Source of the DNA: Prasinococcaceae sp. CCMP 1430
Lineage: Eukaryota; Plantae; Prasinodermophyta
Direction: 5' to 3'
Assembly (NCBI GenBank): GCA_013416795.1
Contig: RQSC01000029.1
Location: 353,248 to 417,247, forward strand
Length of the DNA stretch: 64,000 nucleotides
Position numbers and translations under genes: made by a program. The notes below the pieces were generated by a model. It did not search any database. It saw nothing but the letters and a program-made list of their open reading frames with translations, and had not been told where the DNA came from. Of this stretch, positions 31,909 to 43,635 are shown in pieces (the stretch's first letter is position 1; the number at the start of each line of letters is the position of its first letter).

Positions 31909-31913
31909 TGTAA
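31909..31913 (+). terminator. TGTAA polyadenylation signal (representative copy)
   Basis: Correctly oriented TGTAA shortly after stop codons: + strand 2165, 13538, 18103, 24090, 31909; - strand 36933, 40070, 46419, 46432, 58847. Confidence 0.75.
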
Positions 31914-32199
31914 GCAGTGACACGGCTGATTTTCATGAAAGTGTGACGGTGCATGCGGGCTCGCTTTGCTTGAGTGTACTACCTGTTCGCTTCTAACGCG
32001 TGCTGCAGCAGTGCACGCAGCAGTGTGCGCGATGTGCGCTGTCCCGTGTGCTGGTCGGTGCCCGATGTCCATGCTACGGCACGTCGACAAAATTGCAATG
32101 CGTGTCGGTGCGTGGCTGCAGTCACGCATGGTTGTTGTATCCTGTATGATTCTGGCTCCGCAAATTGCCAAGCAAGGCTGGTGTGAATGGCACTCCTCC

Positions 32200-34043
32200 T
32201 CACGTGCGCGGCCGCTTGACGGCGATCCATCCCTCGTCATCGCCGATGGGTCTCTCAACTACCGAGCGCTTCTGCAGCACCCTTCCGGTATCGTCGGGCG
32301 ATGTGTGCATCGCTTCGGCGCTCTCAGCTCGGACCATGCACGCTGCCGAGGCGTCAGCAGCGACATGTGTAGTCTGCGGCGTGGGAGCGCTGTCCCTCGG
32401 TCGGTCCTTCCCACCAGGGGCGCTCGGCAGCGGATGCATGCGTGATGGGGACGCATTGATGGTGGACGGGTGCACAGGCGCGAGCGGTGCTCTGCCTTTG
32501 CCATGTGCGCCCTGCAGGGCGATGTCGTAAGGATCCATGGCATCGTCGCCGTGGTCAGCGTTGGTTCGATGCGCTGGATTCTCCTGACCGTCTTCGTCAT
32601 CATCGAGCGTGAGCGTGAGGTCCCCCATGGCATCGATCTGATCCTGTGTGAGCGTGCACGTGTCTGCGAGGCAATCATTGATGCGGTATCGTGGGTCGCC
32701 GCCACGCTGCTCCCCATCGCCTGCGGCGCCGGCAGCGACCTCTGGATGCGCGTGCGTCTGCACCATCGCATGCTCGGCAGAGGCGGGAGGCTGCTCGATG
32801 TCAAGGGGCTCTTGTGTGGGGTCCTGGTCGTCCGCCGCATGCAGCGGGAGCGGCACCGGTGCCTCTGGCGCCTCAGCCGGAGCCGCGGCATCGGGTTGGT
32901 CGTGGCCGTCGGCGGGCGCGCCGCCCACACCGTCCACGTCGGGTTCCCCCGCACCGTCCTCATCCGCCTGCTCTGCCCCCGGCTGCTGCTTCTGGCTGCT
33001 CGCGCGCTGCTGCTTCTGACTGTTGTGGTACACCGCCACTGGATCGAGCACGGTGCGCACAGAGGCGCTCATGCCCACGTGACCGCCCGCATTCACGCCC
33101 GCGCCGATGGCCATGGTGAACACATCCTCATCCACGAACTCGGCAGCATCGCCCTCGCGCTCTGCGCGGAAGAAGGGCGGCTCGTAGTCGGCAGGCGTAG
33201 CGTCCGTGTACTCGAGCTTCATCGTGAGCACTCGGCCCTCCTCGACTTCTTCGAAAGTGGTCCTGAGTGAGCGAGATTCAAAAATTGGCAAGGCCAAGCC
33301 TGTCAGCGACGCAGCGCTGCGCGCGTACGTTGATGCACGGCCCACGTAGCTGGGAGAAAACTATGAGGCCAATGCGCATCATGATGCACAGAGATGCAGC
33401 GCAGGCAACGCATCGAGCTGAAAGAGCCTGCTAAGAACTCATGGTGCATCACGTACATCAGCTGCATCAGCTGCCTGGTCATGTACGCACACTGCATGCG
33501 CGTGGTCTTCACGTCGCCAGGCTCGGGGAGGCCGCCGCTCCGCGCGCCGATGCGTAACCCCTCCTTGTCACCGTCCTCTTCATCGCCCACGCCGTCGTCG
33601 TCGCCACCGACGAGATGGATCGTCGCGTCGTCTCCCTCACCGTAGGAGAACGAGAACGAAAACTGCTCGAGGATGGCGCGCGGATGGCCCTCCGCGACGC
33701 GCGCCCTCTCGACGTCATCCTTCGGCGCCAGCACGGAGAAGAGCAGGCGGCGCAGATACTTCCGCTGCAGCGCGTCGCCCACGCCGCTGTCGACCCACGC
33801 GACGAGCCGCGCCGCCTCCTCCGAGAAGTCCTTGTTCAGCTTCCAGACATCCAGGCCGAGGCCTTCGGCGCGCGTGCGCGTGAACGCTTCCTGCGGGAAC
33901 AGGGCCCGCCCGAAGGCGATGCTGTGCAGGCTCATCGACGTCAGGCCCTTGGCGACGCCCAGCGCGGCCGTCTGCGACACCGCCGCGGTCCTCGCCTTGG
34001 CCTTGCTCTTGGCCTTGCTGCGCGCGCGCGTCTGGCGCACCAT
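32200..34043 (-). CDS. HOP1: Meiotic HORMA-domain axis protein (HOP1/ASY1-like), 2 exons (intron 33263-33456)
   Basis: Motifs SLHSIAFGRALFPQEAF, WVDSGVGDALQRKYLRRL, EQFSFSFSY and LTMKLEYTDATPADYEPPFF. Long disordered tail ends in a closure-motif-like KRSVVERPI. Confidence 0.85.
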
Positions 34044-34621
34044 CGCCGTCGGCATGGCGCGCTACGAATTTCAGCGCAGGCCGTCCTCTGAGGCGGGACG
34101 ATCGCGCGGCCGCCCGAGAAAAAGCGCGCCCGCGCCAGCCGAGCGGCGCGCTGCGGCCGGCGCGCCCGCCCCTGCTCTGGCGCCCCCGCCCGCGCGCGCG
34201 CGCGCGCGCGGGCGGCGCTGCGCATGCGCGCATCGCCGAGGCCTCACGTAATACAAAACGATGATACTTCTAACCACGGGAGAAACATTTCCATACAACA
34301 CTTGCAATACTGTACATTCGCTCGCATTCAAACGAATGCATTCGAATTTCGAACCGAGCGAATAAATCATTGAAAACCATCGATTACTCGTAGGTGTGGA
34401 CGTGGACTGTGTACTCGCAGCAAAATTCGCTCGCGGTCTCACAAAAAGACGCTGACACGTGGATGAGATTTTTTTTTGCATCCTTTTGCAGCTGCAGGGC
34501 TCCTCGGACGATGTTTTGCGTGTGCGTAAAGTGAATGCGTTTTGATGGAGGGCCTGCGACGGGGGGCAACCAGCCTAACATAATACTTTCCACTAAATGC
34601 GTTTTTGTTCCAACGATTAAA

Positions 34622-36886
34622 ATGGAATTTCTGTGAGCGACGCGGGCCGAGCGGCGCTCGCGCGCAGCGCGGCGCCCGTGCGCGCGGAGTACATCGAGTC
34701 GGTCGAGGTGAGCGCGTCGCCTGCGCTCGCAGAATGGAAGACAACCCCGGCGCGCGCCCCACCCGCCAGCCTGCCCGCCCGCCCGCAAACGCGACCGCTC
34801 GCGCGGCGTTGCTGACGGGAAGTGCGCGCTGGCAGGCCAGCGCGTGCGCTGCGGGCGCTGCCGCCGTCCGCCTGCGCTCGGAGTATCCCCTCGCGGCCAT
34901 GGAGAGAGCCAAGCAGGCAGACGGCGAGGACGACGGCAGTGGGGAGACCGCTGCCGCCGCGGCGGCCCCGATGTCCAAGAAGCAGAAACGCAAGGCACAG
35001 CGACAGCATGGGCGACTCGGCCTGTGCAACAACGTCGTCCGCAGTGGCGACCCGAGCGCGTGCCCGTACGGCGACAAGTGCAAGTACTCGCATGACATTG
35101 CCGCGTACCGCGCTTCGAAACCTGTGGACCTCCCGGGCAGGTGCCCTTTCGCGCACCCTTGCCCTTTCGGCATCCAGTGCCGCTGGGAAGGCTCCCATGC
35201 GCAGGCCGTCGCTGACGCGGAGGAGGGCCGCCCCGTGGGCGTCGTGCGCGAAAGCGAGTGCTCCAACTTCCTTCGAAAGCCTCTCATGAATGGGCTGCGC
35301 AAGCGCGAGTACGACTTCTCGCGCGCCGACGCAAGCACGATCAAGGCGGGCGGGAAGCTCTCCAAGTTTGCGACGAAGAAGGGACACAAAAGCGTGTCCG
35401 TTGCCGATGCGGCCACTGGCTCGCCGGCCCCAGGACCCCCCGCCGCCGAAGGCGAGGGCGAGGTGCGCGACAAGCCCGAGCCCGCGTTCGAGCGCAAGGC
35501 CATCGACTTCGATGGCAAGCTGTACCTCGCTCCGCTCACGACAGTCGGAAACCTGCCCTTCCGTCGACTATGCGTCGAGCTGGGCATAGACATCACCGTG
35601 GGCGAGATGGCAATGTGCACCAACCTTCTCCAGGCGCAGCCATCGGAATGGGCGCTCCTGAGGAGGCACAAGAGCGAGAAGATCTTCGGCGCCCAAATAT
35701 GTGGTTCGTTCCCCGACAGCGTCGCGCGCGCATGTCAGGTGGTCGAGGAGAACACGGACGTGAACTTCATCGACATCAACATGGGCTGTCCAATCGACCT
35801 CGTGTGCAACGCCGGCGCCGGCGCGTCGATGCTCCATCGCCCTGCGCGCATGGAGCAGGTGGTGCGGGCAGGCGCGGGCGCGCTGCGAGAGCTGCCATTC
35901 ACGGTGAAGACTCGGACAGGATTCAACGACGGCGAGAACGTCACGCACAAACTGGCACCGAAGATGAAGGAGTGGGGCGCGGCGGCGCTGACCCTCCACG
36001 GGCGCACGCGTCAGCAGCGGTACAGCCGCCCGGCGGACTGGAGCTACGTGGCAAAGACCGCAGGCGCGCTCAAGGTGCGCGCGCGCGCGTCGCGTGGGTG
36101 CCATCGCATGCGCTCGCACCCCACTGACCGCGTCGACCGCGCACCACACCGTCCCCATCGCGCGCTGTGCGCGCGCCGATGCCGACAGGACGAGGGCGGC
36201 ACGCGCCAGCTACCGCTGATCGGAAACGGGGATGTATATACACACGAGGACTACTTCCACCACTTGGAGGAGCACGGCGTGGCCACGTGCATGCTCGCGC
36301 GCGGCATGCTCATCAAGCCGTGGTTGGCCACCGAGATCAAGGAGCGGCGCACGTGGGACATAAGCGGCTCGGAGCGCTTCGACCTCATGAAGAAGTTCGC
36401 CAACTACAGCCTGGAGCACTACGGCAGCGACGAGAGGGGTGTGGAGAGCAGCAGGAGGTTCCTGCTGGAGTGGATGAGCTTCACGCATCGGTATGTGCCC
36501 GTGGGGCTGCTCGAGACACAGGTGGGCATGCAATTCCGCCCGCCGCCCTTCAGCGGACGCGACGACCGGGAGACGCTTCTCGCGAGCCCGCTCGCCAAGG
36601 TGAGTCACCGCGCGCGCGGCAGGCGACCCGCGCTCGAGCCCACGCCGTCACGCGCGTGTCGCTGACCACTCACGCGCGCGCAGGACTGGGTCGCCATCAG
36701 CGAGATGCTCTTGGGTCCGGTGCCCAAGAACTTCGCGTTCGCGCCGAAGCACAAGGTGCGCGATCGGATGCCTGCGGCTCGCAACGCGCGAGCTCACATC
36801 GCCAAGTCGACGCCACTGACGTGCCTACCCGCGCGCGCACGCAGAGCAACGCCTGGGCGGACGGGTCCCTCACCGCGCAAGGCTGA
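34622..36886 (+). CDS. DUS3: tRNA-dihydrouridine(47) synthase DUS3, multi-exon
   Basis: N-terminal ARSAAPVRAEYI and CCCH fingers (CPYGDKCKYSHD). Also LYLAPLTTVGNLPFRRLC, DINMGCPID, LTLHGRTRQQRYSRPADW and FLLEWMSFTHRYVPVGLLE. Introns at about 34708, 36076, 36600 and 36756. Confidence 0.93.
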
Positions 36887-36983
36887 AGCGCTGGAGCGCG
36901 CGCTCGGCCCACCGTAAGGTACCCAGCTGCAATTACAAGGCGCGCGGGTCCGCATTCGCGCCGATGTGTGCCCTGTGATGCGC

Positions 36984-37900
36984 TCACTTCTTGCCGCGGG
37001 GGCCGAGCTCCGCAGGCTTGGTGGGGCCCACCACGATGGGGATGCCGGTCTGCTTCACTCCCACAGCACCGTAGGCGACAATGCCCAGGCCGTACGCCAG
37101 CGCGGTGAAGCCGAAGAATGCGTCACGGCGCTTGAACGGCGCGGCAGCGCGCTCGAAGAAGTCCGCCTGCGTCGTCGGGTACCTGCGATCGCAAAGCGCG
37201 GAACGTTGGATGGGCAGGGCAATGGGGTCTCCTGTCAGCGTGGGCGGCCGATCGCACGATCGCACGCCCGCGCGCTGCGCGCGCGACAGCTCGAGCGCGG
37301 CGGTCGATCCCACGCGTCGCATCGCGTCGCGTTGCATCCCATCGCACGCCGCACTCCCAGCGCCGCTGGCCACATGCGCGTGGCGCGGTCTGGCCAGTGG
37401 CCCCGTCCAGGTCCGGTCGCACCGCGGCGACCCGCGCGGCCCGTGCCGATGCGCGTCGTCACGGCAGCCACTCCCCTGACTCTATCTCTGCGCGGCCCCG
37501 CGCGTTCGCGGGGGGGACCCAGAGAAAGAGAGAGAGAGAGAGAGAGAGGAAGGGCGGACGGTGGGAGGCGAGCGCGCGCACATGGCGGTGACCGCCTTCG
37601 CACCGGGCACGTGGGGCGCGCACGGGCGCTCACGCGCCGCCCCCTGGCGCGCACACACGCCGCTCGCGCGCCGGCGTTTCGCGCTCCATCGCTCGCGGCG
37701 CGCGCGACGTACACAGCGCCCTTGTCGCTCTGGTACATCTCCCACGAGCCGGTCGTGTTCTCGGTGTCGTCGATGTCGAAGTAGACGCCCTCGTCGCCGT
37801 ACTTGGCGACGGGCGCCGCGCGCGCCGCGCGGCAGCGCGGGGCGCGCTCCACCCCCGCGCCCGCCCGCCGCCCGGCGCTCGCTCGGGCTCGGGGCCGCCC
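36984..37900 (-). CDS. psaH: Photosystem I subunit H, 2 exons (intron 37183-37712); initiator ATG not found
   Basis: AKYGDEGVYFDIDDTENTTGSWEMY spliced to YPTTQADFFERAAAPFKRR...LGPRGKK*. Confidence 0.92.
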
Positions 37901-39121
37901 CCGCCAAAAAAAAATCCAAACCCAAATTCAAACCTAAACTCACTCCGACGAATTATAAATGCATTTTGACGTGCATCACGAACCCTACGCGGTGTCGCGC
38001 GCCGCGCGCGCGGGCGTAATCCGATCCGCCGCCCGGGGGCGGGCCGCAAAACGACGGAATTCTTCGGATTTGAGATGCTCCAGGCGCGCGTTTGGCGATC
38101 CGTTTGATCACCACGAATCCCGGTTCGGACGCCGCGCGCGCGCGCCGGCCGCGCATGCGCGCGATTGCGCGGGGCGGCCCGCGCGCGCACCCGCGCGCGG
38201 AACCCACATCACTTTACCAAATCATTTGAAGTATCCTAAAAGCGTTTATAGTATCATACATTAATTTCACACCCATCATTGGATACCGCTTAAAATTGCG
38301 ATTAATTGCATGGATTCCGTTGGCGCGCAACGAGGGCGCAGGAAAAGATCGTGTTCGCGGAGGCACGGACGGCCCGCAGCGAGCGGCTCGTCGACACGTC
38401 GGCCCGGCGGGCCGCGCAGCACGGCACGGCACACAGCCCCGCCCGCGGCGCGCCTAAACCTCAAATCGGATCTCTCCGCCAGGCAGCCCGGCCTCGCTCG
38501 CTCCCGCTCCCTCCAGCTCCCGCTCCGCGTCCGTCTGTCAGCCCTGCCTGTGTGTGGCCTGGCTCGAGCCGGAGCTGGAGCTGGAGCTGGAGCTGGAGGC
38601 CGTCGGTCGGTCGGCCGTCGGCGCGGGCTCGCGCGCCGTGCTGGTGCTGGTGCTGGCTGGCTCCTGCGTCGCCTCCCTTGCTGCGAGGGAGGGTGCTCTT
38701 CGACCCACGTTTTGCGTACAGTGCAGTGTACCATCGTGATGGCATGTGACATGATTTCGAGCGCAGCGGCGATTTTAGGGTTTTAAGATCAGGGTCCGAC
38801 ATCTATCTATCCGGGGCGCCGTCCGGGGTGATGGCGCTTTTGGTTGGTGACTGTGACGGCCCCGCGATGGCCGCGAACCTCTTGCGTTTTTGGCCTTGGA
38901 GTGCTCGCCCGTGGGTGATCCGATCATCTTTTTCGTGGGGGCGACGCCGCCATTCATTCAATTCAATTTGATGGCAGTGTGTATGCCAACGGAGCGCGCC
39001 GCGCCGCGCCGGCCGCGGCGGCGAGGGCGAGCCCCGGGGGGGATGGGCTCGCGACGCCGTGCTCGTGATGTAAATTGTTGTGTACCTTATTGAGCCTCCC
39101 GTTTATTTAAAATTGCGACCA

Positions 39122-39263
39122 TCAGCCCTCACGCTGCCTGGGCGCGCACTTGACAATTTCGTCGACGCGCATGATCATCTCCGCGGCCTCGGTCGCGCTG
39201 AGCAAGACCTGCTGCTTGACCTTGAAGGACTCGAAGATGCCACGCTGCTTCATATCACCTACC
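39122..39263 (-). CDS. CCT2: CCT-beta chaperonin, last ~46 codons only; truncated at the N at 39264
   Basis: Reverse strand reads [46 protein letters not shown], the characteristic CCT2 C-terminus. Confidence 0.9.
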
Positions 39264-39264
39264 N

Positions 39265-39684
39265 GTGCCCGTGCCGGCCGCGTGGGCCGCGCCGCTGCTG
39301 CTCGCCGTCGGCGCGGGTGCCGGCGCGCTGGGTGCGCTCGGCTGCTGCGCGGCGAGCCGCAGCAGGCTGGCCACGCTGCTCTACCTCGGCGCCCTGCAGG
39401 CGCTCTACTCCGCGCTGCTCGCGGCGGCCGTCGCGTGCGCGGTCAACCTGCCCAAGGTCGGCATGTACATCAACGACGAGTGCGCCAAGATAGGCTGCCC
39501 GGCGGAGGACATCATCAACCTCGAGGTGTCGGCGGAAATCCACCTGCGCACGGTAGCCATCGCCGCGGGCTCGACGGCCGTCTTCCTGCTGGTCTCGCAG
39601 CTCGCGGCCGCCATGGCGGGCTTCTCGTCGAAGCGCGCGCTCTACCACGAGATTCCCGTGCCGCAGTTCGCAGTGGTCGCGTGA
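39265..39684 (+). CDS. Tetraspanin-like membrane protein, 3' part; truncated at the N at 39264
   Basis: GALGCCAAS..R...LLY TM2/TM3 pattern, short Cys-containing loop (ECAKIGC) and a final TM helix. Confidence 0.55.
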   Translation: MPVPAAWAAPLLLAVGAGAGALGALGCCAASRSRLATLLYLGALQALYSALLAAAVACAVNLPKVGMYINDECAKIGCPAEDIINLEVSAEIHLRTVAIAAGSTAVFLLVSQLAAAMAGFSSKRALYHEIPVPQFAVVA

Positions 39685-40087
39685 GCGCGAGCGCGGAAGC
39701 TTTAGACACTGTACAACACGCGCATGCACGCACGCGCGAACACGCGCGGGTGCTCGGGCGTTGCGTCGTCTCAGGGGCGCACCGCAGGCAGCCGCGGGCG
39801 GTACCATAGGCAGCGCCGCGACGTAAGGCAGCGGGCGCCATTCCCTTTCCCAAGCGCATGGCTCCCGTGCACCTGGCGCGCAGTGCGAGTGCGCAGCGGC
39901 GCATCCCCTCGCCGACGTCGCATGAGGTGGGCTCACCCGGCGGCGGCCGCCGCCGCCGCCGCGCAGCAGCAGCAGCACCACCACCAGCAGCAAGTGAGCG
40001 CGCGTCTGCGCCCACAAGCGCGCGTGCGCCTGCACTCATGATGTCGTGCGTGTGAATGCCAAAAAAGAATTACAGTGGATAAAGGGC

Positions 40088-41205
40088 TCACTCGGCCTGG
40101 TCGTCTGTGCCCTCTGCCGCACGCGTCGGCTGCTGCGGCTTGGGCGGCCCTTTGCCTCGCGTGCCCAGCCGCCGCCAGCGCACGTGGTGCACGCCCTGCC
40201 CGTGCTTGGTGGGCATGCCTCCGCGCCACTCCGTGCCATCCACCGCCGCGTGCACGGCGTCGGCCAAGGGAGAGGCAGCGAAGCCCGCGCCGCTAAGATT
40301 CGTGCGTGCGAGCGCGCGGAGACGAGGACGGTGTTCGGGGGATGGGGGAGCGTGCGCGTACGGGGCGAGAAGGGGGGAGGAGCCGCAAGCACGTCAGCGC
40401 GGGAGGCGGGAGTGCGGCGACAGTCACGCAGCGCGAGCACACAAGAGGTGTCGGCACAGAAGGTGCGACGCGGGCGAGCCAATGCCCTGCCTTCGAGCGT
40501 GCGCACGAACGCACCTGTCCGCGCCCTTGGGCGGCCTCGCCGCGCGCAGCTCCCCTGGGCGGTCGACGAACTCGACGAACGCCATGGGGGCCCCGTCGCC
40601 CTCGCGCATGCGGGAGCGCATCACGCGCGTGTAGCCCCCTTGCCGCGCCGCGTAGCGCGGCGCGAGCTCGTTGAACAGCTTGTCGAGGCTGTCGGGTGTG
40701 CGCAGCACCGCGAGAGCGCGACGGCGGCCCTCGTACGCGTCCTCCATCTGAGTGGCCAACGAGGGCAACGCAGACAGACACAAAGGGAGGGAGCGGCGGA
40801 GCGAGGAACGGAGAGAAAGAGCGTGGGTGCGCGCGCGCGCGCGCGTCAGCTGCGATACGCAGCGTCGTCTGAGGTCTGTGGCTCCCGTGACACGAGCGCC
40901 GCGCCCGTGTGCGGCTACATGCGCGCCGAGCGGCGCTCACCGGCGAAGCTGGTGCCGGCGCGCACGCACGCCGCCGCTGCGTTGCGCCGCAAGCATGCGC
41001 GGCCACCCCGCACACACGCATTTCCACGCCCCCGCCGCCGCCTCACCTTTCCCATCGAAATGACCTTATCCGCCAGCTTGCGCAGATCCTTCGCGCGCGG
41101 CACGGTCGTCTCTATCCTCTCGTGGCGCACCAGGTCGTCGACCATGGAGCGCAGCATGCTGCGCGCATGCTTCGCCGTGGTGCCGATGCCGACGCGTTTC
41201 ACCAT
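40088..41205 (-). CDS. rplQ: Organellar (probably mitochondrial) ribosomal protein bL17, 3 exons
   Basis: MLRSMVDDLVRHERIETTVPRAKDLRKLADKVISMGK, then KLFNELAPRYAARQGGYTRVMR...DGAPMAFVEFVDR. Exon 2 starts at 40747. Confidence 0.93.
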
Positions 41206-41578
41206 CGCCGCCCCGCGCGCGCCGCCGCGCGGGCGCAAGCGGGCGCGGGCGACGGGATCGCTCCACCCGCGGGCGAGGTCGCCGGGGTCCCGTGCCCCGG
41301 GCGCGCCCGCGAGCGCTGTGGCGCGAGGCGCCCGCGCCCTAACACGCAAAGCCTGCCCGGCAAGGCAGATGGCGACCTGAGTGATGGCACTTTCGCATGC
41401 ATTTGGAATGCATGCGAAAACGCCATCAGACTTCGGGCTGGCCGGCGAAGGCACGACGGCTGGTGGTGGTGGCGGTGGTGGTGGTGGTGGTGGTGCCGCC
41501 GCCGCTATCGAGGGCGATGCTGCTGTCACAGCACGCGCGTGCGCGCGTGCGCGTGCGCGAGCGCGGGCGCCGCGCGCG

Positions 41579-42410
41579 ATGGGGCTGCGCCGCGTGCTGT
41601 TCGTGCGGCACGGCGAGTGCGAGATGAACCTGGCGTTGGGCAGCGTCGTCGGCGGCCGCGCGGACGATTCGCCGCTCACCGCTCGCGGCGAGGCGCAGGC
41701 GGAGGCGCTCGCCGCGGGGGCGCGAGAGTACGTCGCGCGGCGCGCGACGCTCGATCGCCCGCGTTGCGAAGCGTGGGGCTTGTGCGGGCTGGCCAGCGGG
41801 CGCGGGAGCGAGTGCGCTGACGCCATTGCGCGCGTGCAGAGGCCGTGCGGTCGGGCTGCCCTCCGAGTGCGCGCGCTCGCCGTGGTTCGCGTCGACAGCA
41901 GTGCGCGCGAGGGAGACCGCCGCCATCGCCGGCCGGGCGCTCGCGAGCGCAATCGCGAGCGAGGGCGAGGGCGCCGTGACGCTGCCTTGCGAAGCCGCGA
42001 CCCTCAGCAGCGAGATCGTCGAGCTCGACATGGGGGATTTCGCCGGACGTCTGCGCGCCGATGTGTACAGTGCTGACGTGCGCGCGACCATCGCGGCCAA
42101 TCCGTGGGACTTCAAGCCGCCCAATGGTGAGTCGCAGCACGAGGTGGAGGTGCGCGTCCGTTCGTTCGTCGAGCGCGAGGTGCTGCCCGTCGCAGTTCCG
42201 GGAGGGCCACCGGCCGTTGTGGTCGCCCACGGGTTAGCCATCAAGTGCTTTTTGCGCCACGTCCTGGGCAGCGACGCCGCCATGACGTGGAAGGTGCGGC
42301 TCGACAACTGCTCCATCACAGAGGTTGGCTTCGAGGAGGACGTCACGGCCCGCGACGCAGGCTGGCACGTGCTTCGAGTCAACGACACGGCTCACCTGCG
42401 GGAGCTCTGA
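41579..42410 (+). CDS. Histidine phosphatase (phosphoglycerate mutase superfamily), 2 exons
   Basis: Motifs LFVRHGE, PLTARGEAQA, ASTAVRARET, ELDMGDFAG, PPNGES, VVAHG and NDTAHL. Intron about 41729-41839. Confidence 0.88.
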
Positions 42411-42576
42411 GGCGCGAGCGCGAGCGCGGGCGCACTTGCATGGCGGGCAGAATGTAGACCAGTGTACTCTAGCTAGCTAGTATTCCACATACGATTACAG
42501 ATTCCACAGGATGCCGAGCACCGCGTGCCTGCGCGCTGAGGATGCGCTCGCGCTCCCTCGCGCGTGCACGTCCCGC

Positions 42577-43635
42577 TCACACGCGCGGACCGCCCTTCGA
42601 CTTGGGGCGCTTCTTCTTCTTCTTCTTGGCGAGCAGTTCGGCGGCGACGCGCGCGGCGGCGGCCTCGTCGGCGCGGTCGCGCGCCTCGGCGAGAGCCCCC
42701 TCCACATCTACTCGACCGCGCTCCACGGCTTCCCGGCGCTCGTTGCGCTCCTATGACGCGCGTGTGCGCGCGCACGCGCGTGAGCACGCGTCCACGCGAC
42801 GTGCACGCTCTGTCATGCGCGTGCGCACGGCCGCACGCACCTTGTCCATGTTTGCCTCGAGCTCGAGCCGCCTCTCCTTCTCATAGCGAAGCTGCTCCTG
42901 CAGCGGCCGCAGGCCGCTCTCCATGCGAACTTCCGCTGCCGAGGCGGCCGCATCGGCACCGTTCTCGGTCGCGCGCACGATCCAGGGGAGGATTTCATCC
43001 TCAACCCTGCTCACCTTGGGGGGCAACAGCGGCCCGAGAGACCGATGCGTAGCGTAGCAGCAGCAGAGCAGCGGGATCAGCAGCACCAGCAGCGACATAT
43101 ACGCGCCCGTGGTCGAGCTTGTACCCTCGAGCTGCAGCGCCAGTGGCGCGTCGGCAGGGATGCCCGAGGGGGCGACCTCGTGGAAACAAGGCAGCTCGAT
43201 GCCCACCGGGTGCACGCCGACGAAGGCCGCGCGCAGCGCGTCGCCCGCAGCGCCCGCAGCGCGCGCGGCCGGCCGCAGGTCGTACACGCACTGCGTTCGC
43301 TCCGGCGCGTGCAGCGTGCGCACGAGCACGCACCCCGTGCTTGCGTCCCCGCCCACCACCAGGCACGAGTTGAACGCGCGCGTCTCGCCATCCACCGCGC
43401 GTGCTATCTGCGGGTACGCCCAGAGCGCGCCGGTGAGGCCCAGGACCGCGAACGCCGCAAATGCGACCACGCCCCAGCCGGGGTTGCCGCCCAGCCGGGG
43501 CGGGCGCGTGAAGCGTTTGTACCACGGTGGACGCTCGTACAGCGACGCGGGCGCCTCGGACGCGGCCGTGCTCGGGCGCGAGCCCAACGTGGCCAGCGTC
43601 GAGCCGCGCGTCGACAGCCCCCGCGCGCCGTACAT
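42577..43635 (-). CDS. Hypothetical two-TM protein with Cys-containing loop and C-terminal coiled coil, 2 exons
   Basis: TM1 GWGVVAFAAFAVLGLTGALWAY and TM2 AYMSLLVLLIPLLCCCY. Intron follows ANMDK; the last exon ends KKKKKRPKSKGGPRV*. Confidence 0.65.
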
